A DNA stretch of 62,728 nucleotides, counting the filler, from Globobulimina sp. (taxonomy: Eukaryota), in assembly GCA_003354225.1 (NCBI GenBank). It is 37 parts of 37 records of this genome, joined end to end, with 100 filler letters (N's around TTAATTAATTAA, not from the genome) between each part and the next. Parts side by side here need not be neighbours in the genome. Positions count along the whole stretch, not along the records: positions 37,371 to 38,968 come from PIVH01014320.1; positions 39,069 to 40,666 come from PIVH01014321.1; positions 40,767 to 42,364 come from PIVH01014322.1; positions 42,465 to 44,061 come from PIVH01014323.1; positions 44,162 to 45,758 come from PIVH01014324.1; positions 45,859 to 47,455 come from PIVH01014325.1; 31 more parts are not named here. One strand, 5' to 3'. The translations under genes and the position numbers were made by a program. The notes beneath the pieces are model-generated. The model was not told where the DNA came from. It did no database searches and saw only the letters and a program-made list of their open reading frames with translations. Position 1 is the first letter of the stretch. Each line of letters opens with the position of its first letter. Positions 37,371-47,555 of this stretch are shown here, piece after piece.

Positions 37371-38738
37371 CAAAGCATAGAAAACGAGCGAAAATATAAT
37401 GACAAACTACATGCATTAATCGAAGAGAATAAACGCATAAACACCAAACTCAAAAAACAACGGAAACAAAACGACGAATTCCGCGCCAAATTGAATGTGT
37501 TTCATTTTAAAAACGAAGAATTATTAAATAAATATAATTCGAATATGAATGAATTATTTGCGCAAAAGCACAAATACGAAGCGATCACCAAAGAGTTGCG
37601 GGATAAATCAGAGAAAGAATATAAAAAAAGAAACGACGAATTGATGTCGAAAATAAATAAATCAAATCTTCGCAATGAAGAGCTATCAAATAAAACAAGT
37701 GAAAGTGCTGCGGAGCTAAGTAAGATAAAAGGAGAATATATGCAATTATTAAACAAATGCAATGAATGCACCAAATACAACCAATCCATACAAAGAAAAA
37801 ACAATCAATTAATTAAAGAGAAGAATAAAATGAAAAACAAATTCCAAACTATGAACAATGAGTTGACGACGAAACTAAATAAAATTGAATCGGTCTTAAA
37901 AAAGAAAATCAAAGAAAAAGAAAAGGAAAATCAACATTTATTGGAAAAGTACGACAACGAAAATAAGCATTTACTAAACAAACACCGCCGACAATTAAGC
38001 AAATCGCACCAAAATGAGCAGAGTCTGAAAGATGTGCATAAGCAAGAAATAAAAGGCAAAAACCGGCAATTATTAAATAAGTACAATGAATATCAGAACA
38101 TGATCGACAGACTAAACACAGAGATGAATGAATTAAAGAAAGAGAATAACAGATTGTTGGAGAAATGCAGCAAATTAGAAACAGAGAGCGATGAATTAAA
38201 TCATCAATGCAATGTCATGGCGAATGAGTTACAAAATTATCACAATGACATTGACGAAATTCATCAATTAAAAGAGGAAGAAGCTACTGTTAAAAATAAG
38301 GAGATTCGAATGTTAAGCAAACAAATCGAGGAATTGGAGGATAAATTGTCGGAATCATTAAAAGCAGGCTCCACTACCTCGCAATCGCAGGATTTTAGGT
38401 TCAATTCGGAGGATTTGGAGGATTCAAAGGACACTGAGTCAATCCCAGAGTTGTCGCGTAATGGTACGGGAAGTAACAGTGTGTGGGTCCACGATAAAGG
38501 AATTACGGCGTGCACGCAGTGTAGGAATACATTCAACAAAATATATAGAAGAAAACATCATTGTCGTGCGTGTGGATATATTTTTTGTGACACGTGTTCA
38601 AAAAATAAAATACAATTAATAGGATTTAGCAAAGCTGTGCGAGTTTGTGATGATTGCTATCAGAATCAAGCAAGCAAAGAATCGATAAAAACATCCAAAT
38701 CCGAAGTAGAATCATCATCGCCTCTTTATGAGCATTAG
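37371..38738 (+). CDS. Coiled-coil + FYVE zinc-finger protein (5' partial)
   Basis: WVHD...CTQC...F..YRRKHHCRACG.IFC..CS...VRVCDDC. Confidence 0.93.
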   Translation, partial: QSIENERKYNDKLHALIEENKRINTKLKKQRKQNDEFRAKLNVFHFKNEELLNKYNSNMNELFAQKHKYEAITKELRDKSEKEYKKRNDELMSKINKSNLRNEELSNKTSESAAELSKIKGEYMQLLNKCNECTKYNQSIQRKNNQLIKEKNKMKNKFQTMNNELTTKLNKIESVLKKKIKEKEKENQHLLEKYDNENKHLLNKHRRQLSKSHQNEQSLKDVHKQEIKGKNRQLLNKYNEYQNMIDRLNTEMNELKKENNRLLEKCSKLETESDELNHQCNVMANELQNYHNDIDEIHQLKEEEATVKNKEIRMLSKQIEELEDKLSESLKAGSTTSQSQDFRFNSEDLEDSKDTESIPELSRNGTGSNSVWVHDKGITACTQCRNTFNKIYRRKHHCRACGYIFCDTCSKNKIQLIGFSKAVRVCDDCYQNQASKESIKTSKSEVESSSPLYEH

Positions 38739-39246
38739 CAATTTATTGCGATCCAATTTATATACAAACTATATTTGTTTTGTTTGAACTTTGAAGAGTT
38801 CGTTTATGTTTTTTGCTAATTTTTTTAATTTTATTTGAAAGTTTCTGATGTGGATTAATTGTATTATTAGATAACTTGACCCATTTTTGTTATAAACGCG
38901 ATACAGTATCATCATTAGATATTTTTTTCCAATGTCTGGTGAATTCACAAAATTGCTAAAAATGAGAGNNNNNNNNNNNNNNNNNNNNNNNNNNNNNNNN
39001 NNNNNNNNNNNNTTAATTAATTAANNNNNNNNNNNNNNNNNNNNNNNNNNNNNNNNNNNNNNNNNNNNTCAATACATTTCTCGATACATTTCTCAATATT
39101 AATGTTGGAATGGCTCATTTCACGCAAATGGAAACTTAATTTGTTTGTCAAGGAAAACTCTGACGCTGAAAACCGGATGCTGTATTTTTTGTATGGTAAA
39201 ATGTTTTTTGTATGGTTTTTTTAAAAATTTTAATTGGTATAATATA

Positions 39247-40022
39247 ATGGCTGAAGAAGCAAAACAAGCCAATGAAGAGGAGACCAAAGAGTTAGATAAA
39301 GAAGAAAAGGACAAAAAAGCTGCAGAAATATTGCTTCAAATTTATAAGATGCAGCCATTAATGTTTCGAACAAGAGTTCAACGAATGATGAAGAAATATG
39401 TCAAGGACATGTCTGAATGGGCCGCCACAGAATTCACTGAACAACAGTTCATTAACCAAATGGATGGAAAAGTATCAGCGCCGATTGTTCAAATATGTTT
39501 TAGAATGATTTGTGAGTCGAAGGATCTCAACGCAGACTCAAAAGCAAAAGCAAAAATCACAGCGGATGATATTATCGCATTCGCCAAAGGGAAGAAATCG
39601 CATAAACATGTTCGAATGGTGACGGTTCACGACGCCAACTGGGTATTAAACACAATTAAAAAAACAGAATTCCATCAATTGGATAAAAGAAAGGATAAAG
39701 GTAAGGTTTATAGCTGTATTCATCTCTAATTTTAATATGTTCTGCCACAATATTTGACAGATTATGATACAAAAATTGATATTGATCAATTTCAGGGATT
39801 TTTTAAAGATGTTGGCTTATCGCCTGAACGAACTGCAATTATATTCAAAGAAATTGATAAAAATAACACTGGCTTTATTTCTGTGGTCGCGTATACGAAA
39901 TGGAGAGCAAATCAAAAGGAAGACAGTCTACAGAAAATACTTAATGTTAAGCATCGAATTGATTTCGTATATATTAGAACTAATTATATGTTATTTTAAA
40001 TATTTAGAATGTTAAATGGTAG
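39247..40022 (+). CDS. EF-hand protein (two introns)
   Basis: FKEIDKNNTGFIS loop; GT-AG introns at about 39701-39760 and 39946-40007. Confidence 0.7.
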
Positions 40023-40243
40023 CTGACAAATATGAAAATAATTAATTTTGACTTTGTTTTGTAATTTTAACCATGTATTGTATTGCTTTATAATTTCTGG
40101 CAAAATGTTTTGTTTTCATATCCTCGCACTCTACGCAAATGATCATTGGATTCATCGATGCCATCTCGTTTTGAGAGCTCTGCAGAATTTAGTACTTCCT
40201 CCAAAAAACTATTCTATTTTCGGCTTTCACAAACATTTGAAGC

Positions 40244-40666
40244 ATGTCACTTTGGTCACTCGTATTATTGCAATTAATTTCCTTGCAAAATACATATGTT
40301 CATAGTAACTTAATCCGTTCTACAATCAGTCAGACACAGCCATCTGATGCACTGACCATAAGTCTACCAAACGAACATTCAAAAATCAACAGCAACACAG
40401 ATCCAACAACGTGGATATTACAAAGTCCACCAAAACCATATTCACACGCTCTTCACCTCCAATCCTCTTCAAAATCGTTAACATTCACATCCAAACAGTC
40501 CTGCTTTCTAAACATAACCATTGACGGCATCCAAAAACCTAAAAACGGCGCTATATTTTATGTATTTTCCATTGGTGCTTCATTCATCAGTTTTGCGCAT
40601 GGTATGATATATAAAATAACCCTCCAATACACATACATACACAACACAATAATGCAGATTTTGACG
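40244..40666 (+). CDS. Secreted protein of unknown function (3' partial)
   Basis: N-terminal hydrophobic signal-like MSLWSLVLLQLISL. Confidence 0.5.
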
Positions 40667-40766
40667 NNNNNNNNNNNNNNNNNNNNNNNNNNNNNNNNNN
40701 NNNNNNNNNNTTAATTAATTAANNNNNNNNNNNNNNNNNNNNNNNNNNNNNNNNNNNNNNNNNNNN

Positions 40767-40937
40767 GTTACGCTGTTGGGTTTCCGCAATCGGGTGATGG
40801 TCATATTTAACTGGACTTGGAATTATCTAACGTATGATCGCTCGGTTCGCTTGATTTTGGACCAATCCCCTTCAAAGGTAGAGGAATCGTCAATCGCTCC
40901 TTCGGCAAACTCAGAACAAGCAAATCATCAATCGTAA
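40767..40937 (+). CDS. ndh: Bacterial type II NADH dehydrogenase (NDH-2) C-terminus (not in the ORF track)
   Basis: VTLLGFRNRVMVIFNWTWNYLTYDRSVRLI matches the bacterial NDH-2 membrane-anchor motif LxGxRNRxxVxxxWxWxY...RxxRLI. Confidence 0.8.
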   Translation, partial: VTLLGFRNRVMVIFNWTWNYLTYDRSVRLILDQSPSKVEESSIAPSANSEQANHQS

Positions 40938-40938
40938 A

Positions 40939-41310
40939 TTATCTTGGCCCAGTCATCATGCCTTTGACATATTTGGAGTTGCGGCTACGGAGGAGGGGGA
41001 AGCGCCCCATGATGTCGGTAAGGCGTTCTGCTTGGTCTGGTAGCGCTTTGAGTTCGATGACGAGTTCTTTTTCGATGGGTAACGGCCGTTTCACATTCGG
41101 CATTATACTTAAACGCTGATCATACACTTTTTGGTCGAAATCCAACGTCAAGCGTACTTGCCCGTCGTGGGTGACGAAGTATTCGCGCTGGTAGCTATTG
41201 ATGACAGTTGGCTGGCTGTGCTGCTTGAGAATGGGGAGAAATGAGGGAGAAATAGCCGTTTTCACACCTGCAAGAACATCCGACCAAGCCATTCCTAAAT
41301 CCAATGAATA
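40939..41310 (-). CDS. Bacterial VTC / polyphosphate-polymerase-domain (CYTH-like) protein C-terminus
   Basis: YQREYF...VRLTLD...VIELK...SKYVKG; no introns; convergent with ndh with a 1-nt gap. Confidence 0.75.
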   Translation of the reverse strand, partial: YSLDLGMAWSDVLAGVKTAISPSFLPILKQHSQPTVINSYQREYFVTHDGQVRLTLDFDQKVYDQRLSIMPNVKRPLPIEKELVIELKALPDQAERLTDIMGRFPLLRSRNSKYVKGMMTGPR

Positions 41311-42364
41311 GGCCAATTTTTGGAAATTGCGTTATGCAGTAATGCATACAGTGCGTCATCTTTGTTAGCTTTGTGAAAGATAGCCAACGATAAGCCTTGA
41401 GAAGTGACAGCTTTTATGACAATTGTTGCCATTGGATCTTGAACACCAAGTTCGGTTGCTTTTGTTGACAGTCGTGACATTGCATCGGCAACTGTGTTGT
41501 CAGCACCTTTTCGGTATTCAATGGTGAAATCAAAAACAGACAAGCGTTCGTACCACCGAGCAAATTTACCAGATTTGCGACCATCCCCGTATTGTTTGAG
41601 CAATGTGGTGAGAGCTTGATGATCTGTTCTGAGTGTAAAATGACGACCAAGTAGAAATTTCTCCCAATATTCGGCAAAGTAGACAGCAGCGTAACCTTCA
41701 GCCTCATTTGTGGCCATACCTCGTTGTCGGGCATCTAAGGTGTGATGACCAAATGCTATAGGAATTTCACGACCATTCTGTACTTGTGACAGGACACCAC
41801 CAATGCCAACGTCGCACGCATCTACGGAGAGATAAGTTGGACAATTGGAGTCGAAAATGGCCAATTTGAGGTTGGTGCAGACTAACTTCTTCAGTGTTTC
41901 GAAGGCCTTTGAACAGTCAGCGGACCAATCAAATGTAACATCCTTTCGAGTGAGACTTCGTAGTGGTTCTGTGAGAGCCGCTAAATCCGGAAGAAATGGA
42001 CTGTAGTAGTTCAGCATACCAAGAAAACTTTGAACTTGTTTCAAGGTTGTAGGTGTTTGAGCATCACGAATCGGCTGTAAATTCTTGGGATCTGGTTTGA
42101 TACCTTCATGAGAAATGAGATGACCCAGAAACGGAACTTCGGCAGCGCGGAAAATGCACTTTTTGATATTAAGCCGTAGATTTTTGTCATTGAGCTTTTG
42201 TAACACCTTGTGGAGATTTGAATCATGTTCCTCTTGTGTTTCTCCAAAAATGATGATGTCATCCATATAAGGCTCACAACCTTGACAGTCAGCGAGTATC
42301 TGAGCAATCATTTTGTGGAAAACTGCGGCAGAATCCACCAAACCCATAGGCAATCTATTGTAAG
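41310..42364 (-). mobile_element. Ty3/Gypsy LTR retrotransposon pol fragment (RT + RNase H)
   Basis: RLPMGL, YMDDIIIF, FLGH, FLGMLNYY, VDAC..GIGGVL, FTLRTDH, YRKG..N.VADAMSR. Confidence 0.95.
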
Positions 42365-42464
42365 NNNNNNNNNNNNNNNNNNNNNNNNNNNNNNNNNNNN
42401 NNNNNNNNTTAATTAATTAANNNNNNNNNNNNNNNNNNNNNNNNNNNNNNNNNNNNNNNNNNNN

Positions 42465-42581
42465 TGTTCAATATTTTAAGCATTAGCAATAAATTAGGAC
42501 AAGATTTCGAATCAAAAACATTAAAAATTATGGACACAATTATGGAAAAAAACGAAATTTTCGGCGTATCAATACCCTTAA
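42465..42581. mobile_element. Second copy of the TTAA-terminated repeat end
   Basis: Homologous to 28881-28999; ends GGCGTATCAATACCC-TTAA. Confidence 0.65.
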
Positions 42582-42651
42582 AATGTTTTTAAAGTTTTGG
42601 GCGAAACCAAAACCTTTTTTCAACAATCAGCAACCTAACTAAACTTTCATA

Positions 42652-43891
42652 ATGGCAGAAGGCGCAGAAGCAGATAATTCAAGCATTAACAAAAAACCAG
42701 CAACAGATAAAGTATGGAATTTCAAATTATTTCAAAACGGTCAAATGGCCACAAGTCTCTCTTGTATTGAGTTAAATGATATTTATATATATTTAAAAAT
42801 TACAACACAACTTTAATTCTCCAATACTCACACAACAAAAACAGATGTGGACATCCTCCAAAAAAATGTTTTGTCGACCATAACAATCAAACATTATGCG
42901 AGTTGTGCGCTGACCCATTATTACAAAAAGGATTTAAAATTATCGCAAATTCATATGCTGACACTCTTATCGCGCAGAGTGAGATAATATGTCCAAATGT
43001 ACTATTTGATCCAAGCAAAGTCGATGATGAAAAAAAAGAAGAAGAAAAACAATGCGAAACAAAGTGTTTAGTCAAGGATTGGAAACAGCACAATGACGCG
43101 GACTGTAACTACACAATCGTGGATTGTGCAAATTGTCACAGCGATTTTACAGCAGCGAGATGTTTACAGGCAGAACATAATAAAACCTGCGGCTATGTCA
43201 CTATCCAATGTCCGCAAAGTTGTGGCCGTGATATATTGCGAAAGGATACGGAGAAACATATAAACGATGATTGCGCCAAAACTATATTAGCGTGCAGTAA
43301 TATTGGTTGTCCAGATAAGATTGCCAGGGAATTGCATGCAAACCACGTCAACCAATGTCCTAAACGCATCGTACAATGTGAATACAGAGCATTTGGATGT
43401 ACTCAAATGGATGTTAAATATGAAGATATGGCGACGCATATGCAACAATTTGAAATCAAACATTTGCAATTCCATTTAAAATCTCTTTATCGATTGGTAC
43501 AACAAGTTATGTGATCTTATGTGTGTAGTTATTTATTATCTGAGTTGTGTATTAAACATGAAATAACTTTGACTGTGTACAGCAACAACAAGTGTCCGAT
43601 CAAAGTGGGATGATTCGAATGTTTGGTGGTAATATGAGAAGTATACCGAATGGGTGGATTTTATGTGATGGGCAAAATGGTTCGCCGGATTTGAGGAAAA
43701 TGTTTGCGTTAAACAATAGTAAACTGGAAATGGAAGAGGATGTTTGCGATTTTGATGTGGATCAAATCAGTGAATGTGAAATGGAAATGGAAGAGGATGA
43801 TGGTAAACAAACCATTGGCGATACTCCGTATAACCAGGAGAATGATAAGAATTTTTCACCATTTTCAATGATTTATATCATGAAAGTCTGA
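42652..43891 (+). CDS. TRAF-type zinc-finger protein with C-terminal phage tail-collar-like domain (introns 42771-42844, 43506-43582)
   Basis: Degenerate RING (CIEC...CELC); repeated C-x2/4-C...H-x3/4-C TRAF fingers and CEYRAFGC...H...H. The last exon reads SGMIRMFGG...IPNGWILCDGQNGSPDLRKMF...FSMIYIMKV. Confidence 0.85.
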
Positions 43892-44161
43892 TTTTATATC
43901 ATTGAAGGGGTTATTTCATATTATTTTGAATTTGTACGTGTTTATATATGAAGACTTGCATTTTAAAACCAAACCTTACTCTTTGTTTTGTTTAACGCCC
44001 ATCAAAATCATCAAGAACGTGCTTAACCACATTAAAACCAGTTGTTTAATAAAGTTCAAACNNNNNNNNNNNNNNNNNNNNNNNNNNNNNNNNNNNNNNN
44101 NNNNNTTAATTAATTAANNNNNNNNNNNNNNNNNNNNNNNNNNNNNNNNNNNNNNNNNNNN

Positions 44162-44547
44162 TTTTTTATTTTCATATCTTTTATTTGATGCCATATATTA
44201 ATATTATTATAATGTCCAACACCTAATACACCCCAAACAATACCACAACTAACAATATTTTTTATTTTTTTTTGAAAGGTTTTTATTTTTGTTATTTTTT
44301 TACACTTCAAGTGCATCACGGCCATCCAAGGATGCAGCTTTAAATTATTATTATTATTATTTCTTCCATTGCCTTGTTGTCCATATTGGTTGTTGCCAAT
44401 AGAATATAATTCCAAGAAAATTGTATAATGGAATGCATGAATAACATTAATAATATCCATATGGATGTATTGAGAGCTAGATTTTCCAACGTATCCACTT
44501 ACTAATAATTGTGAACGTCTTTTCATGACAGCATAATACCGGTTCAT
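44162..44547 (-). CDS. RCC1-like repeat protein fragment, possibly degenerate
   Basis: LYSIGNNQYGQQGNG, IKNIVSCG, GVLGVG; the expected spacing between motifs appears shortened. Confidence 0.55.
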
Positions 44548-44619
44548 TTTTTGGCGAAAAAAAAGTTTACTAACTTTATACTGTTTTTAAATCCTGTCAG
44601 GCAGTGTGTTTACCGAATA

Positions 44620-45750
44620 ATGATAAATGTCATAATTAAACGTGATTCTGCTAAACCCATATTAATATGCATTAATCCATTCGCTAAAGTGTCTGAATTA
44701 AAAGCCAGAATACTTAATGTACAACAAACAGAATTAGCTCAATCGTTTAAGCTATTTATTACACATAATGGATGTAAAAAAGAATTGAATGATAATGATA
44801 GATTGACAGATTATGGCGTCGTAAATAAGCAAACAACTTTATTATTAGTGCCAGCATTTGATGGTGCGAAATTTATACAATTTAAATTATTCAATGCAGC
44901 AAAAAGCGATCGCGAAATACATTCAACAGCAACAAAAGAAATATCACAATTTGACATAACACAACCGATTGATAAAATTATTGAAAAGTACCTACGTGAA
45001 ACTGATTTAAATCCATTATTTTATTCTGGTTATTGTCGATTTAAAAGTGTAGTAATTACATTTAATGAAACACAAAAACCATTAAAATTAGTATCCAGAC
45101 ACAATTCGAGGTTGCAAGCATCAAAAACATTTGATGGTAATGATATATTTAGCCATGGCCTAATTCCATCGGATACATTGTCACAATTAATTGCTGAATA
45201 TACTACAGATCTAAATGAAATTTTTTGTGATCGATATTATTTTGGTTGTCGCCATGACCGTGTTATGATTAAATCAGTAATAAACATTGAGATCACATTG
45301 CCAGATATTTCGTTTTTGCTTCATGATAAATATTATTATATCAATGGTGAATTTTATCAAAAATATGACAAACAAAATAATAAAATGAATTTACAATTTG
45401 TTCCATTATTAAAAAATGCACTCAAAGCAAAAGAAAAAGTGTTAGTATTTGGTTACATTCGTGATAGATTTAGCTTAAATTATCATATTATCCCATTAGA
45501 TATCATTAATTTAATTGATTTATTTTACCCTCAATTACATGGCGGAAGATACGAAGTAAGTGAATATAATAAAGGATTAAGCAATAAATTAGAACAAAAA
45601 ACGAAAACGTTTATAATCTCAGGAATTGAATTTTATTTAAGGTACGATTCAAAATTATATTTGGTGTTGAATTGTAAGCAAGAAACAAATATATCCGATG
45701 TTACATTTTTATGTCAATTATACTGTAAATCAACAAAGCAAAAAGTTTAA
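44620..45750 (+). CDS. Protein with N-terminal ubiquitin-like domain
   Basis: MINVIIK...KVSELKARI...KLF...ELNDNDRLTDYGV..QTTLLLV; C-terminal LVFGYIR..IPLDII module followed by a possible MATH-like start. Confidence 0.75.
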   Translation: MINVIIKRDSAKPILICINPFAKVSELKARILNVQQTELAQSFKLFITHNGCKKELNDNDRLTDYGVVNKQTTLLLVPAFDGAKFIQFKLFNAAKSDREIHSTATKEISQFDITQPIDKIIEKYLRETDLNPLFYSGYCRFKSVVITFNETQKPLKLVSRHNSRLQASKTFDGNDIFSHGLIPSDTLSQLIAEYTTDLNEIFCDRYYFGCRHDRVMIKSVINIEITLPDISFLLHDKYYYINGEFYQKYDKQNNKMNLQFVPLLKNALKAKEKVLVFGYIRDRFSLNYHIIPLDIINLIDLFYPQLHGGRYEVSEYNKGLSNKLEQKTKTFIISGIEFYLRYDSKLYLVLNCKQETNISDVTFLCQLYCKSTKQKV

Positions 45751-45858
45751 TTTATTAANNNNNNNNNNNNNNNNNNNNNNNNNNNNNNNNNNNNNNNNNN
45801 NNTTAATTAATTAANNNNNNNNNNNNNNNNNNNNNNNNNNNNNNNNNNNNNNNNNNNN

Positions 45859-47097
45859 ATAATTATCAATTTTTTGGGCATTTTAGGTATTACTGGTTTT
45901 TGTTACAGAAAAAATAAAAAACTGCAGGACGAAGTGCGAAAGCAAAGACAATATGAACATAAGTTGGAAAATCCGATGTTTATATCCATAGGAATCGCTT
46001 TTTACAACTCCGAGGCTACAAATCCTGGATTTTCTGGTCTTTGTTCGGATCTGAATGGAATAGATCGCGATTATGAAAATATTAAAAGATTCTGCGATGC
46101 TTTTAATTACGATTTATTTCCAAAAATTGAACAATACGAATGGACACAGAAAGAAATAATTGAAGAAATAGAAAAAGATGTAATAGCATTTGAAGCAAAT
46201 AGGAAAAGTGAACAAAATCCGAATGGATATGATAGCATTGTAACCATCATCAGGTAATGTGTGAAATATTTATTATATGCAATATCTGCACAAATTATTT
46301 GTATAAAATATATAAAGTGGCCATGGCTATAAAAGTTCAATTATTGCATCAGATTATCATTTAGTGAGCAAACTGGCAATACACAGATTGTATTCTATCA
46401 ACCATGCTGCGGTTCGAACATATCCAAGAATATTTTTATTCGATTGTTGTGATGGTATACAAGAAAGAAGTGATTCTCCTGCACATTCTCAAGATTATGA
46501 TGCAGGGAAAAACTTTGACATTGATGACATAAAAATAGATGTGGTTGACGAGGAAATATGGAAAAGTAATCAGGTTAATCCTGACTTTAAAGTTGCACTT
46601 ATTCACGCTGCAAATGATGGCTTTCAATCAAAAATGAATAATATCGATGGTTCATATTTGATCTATGAATTTATCAAAAGAATGTTCCAAAATACACAAG
46701 ATAAAGAAGATAAATTTCTTGGTGATATTATTGATGAGATCCAGCAATATTTACATGATAAAGGAAAACAACAAACGTAAATAAAATAAAATATGAAAAT
46801 GTTTTTATTCTCATATACATATAAATGCGCTGCGTATATACGGAATAAAAAACATTTTCGTTTTTTATTTTTAGGAAATCAGTATTTAACAATAATACGA
46901 GATATTTAAAATTTGAAATCAATACAAATGCCAAAAAAGAAGAGTTTGAAGAGCAAAAAGAAGAAGAAAAAGCAAATGATGCATCGGATGAAGGACAAAG
47001 CAGCAGACTTTTGGAAGTAAATGAAATGGAATTAACTGAAGTTACTGGAGATCAGCTAGATGATATAATGGTTCACAAAAAAATCAGGATAATATAA
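45859..47097 (+). CDS. Caspase-fold (peptidase C14-like) protein downstream of a transmembrane segment (5' partial; introns 46254-46317, 46777-46874)
   Basis: Splicing creates YDSIVTIISGHG (catalytic His-Gly). YPRIFLFDCCDG carries the catalytic Cys. A p10-like GSYLI...KQQT...YLKF follows. The N-terminus is IIINFLGILGITGFCY then RKNKK. Confidence 0.8.
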
Positions 47098-47555
47098 TAC
47101 AAATAAATAATGGGATTTTCATCCAATACAAATAAATTATATGTGTGTTTTTTTTTATGTGAAGAAAGTTTTTCTTTTTTGTTGAACGTTTTTATAATTT
47201 ATATTAGAAATAGCCATCACCACAAATAAACATCGGTTATTATTTATCATATTTTGTCATTATCGTTGCAAATTACACCGAGGGATTTATCGCAATTGGA
47301 ATGTGAAGAAGCGCGACTTAAATTAACTCATAGCTTGAATGTGAAGTTGAATGGAGATATTTGTATAATATTTGCAGTGCTTGTTTAATATGAAAATTAT
47401 TATGGGAGTTATTATTTTCTGATCAATGTAATGAGTCATATCTATCAATGATCGGNNNNNNNNNNNNNNNNNNNNNNNNNNNNNNNNNNNNNNNNNNNNT
47501 TAATTAATTAANNNNNNNNNNNNNNNNNNNNNNNNNNNNNNNNNNNNNNNNNNNN

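Noticed and set aside
42652-47097. TRAF + ubiquitin-like + caspase 'immune/death cluster'
   Set aside because: The genes lie on three separate contigs joined by linkers, so the adjacency is arbitrary.
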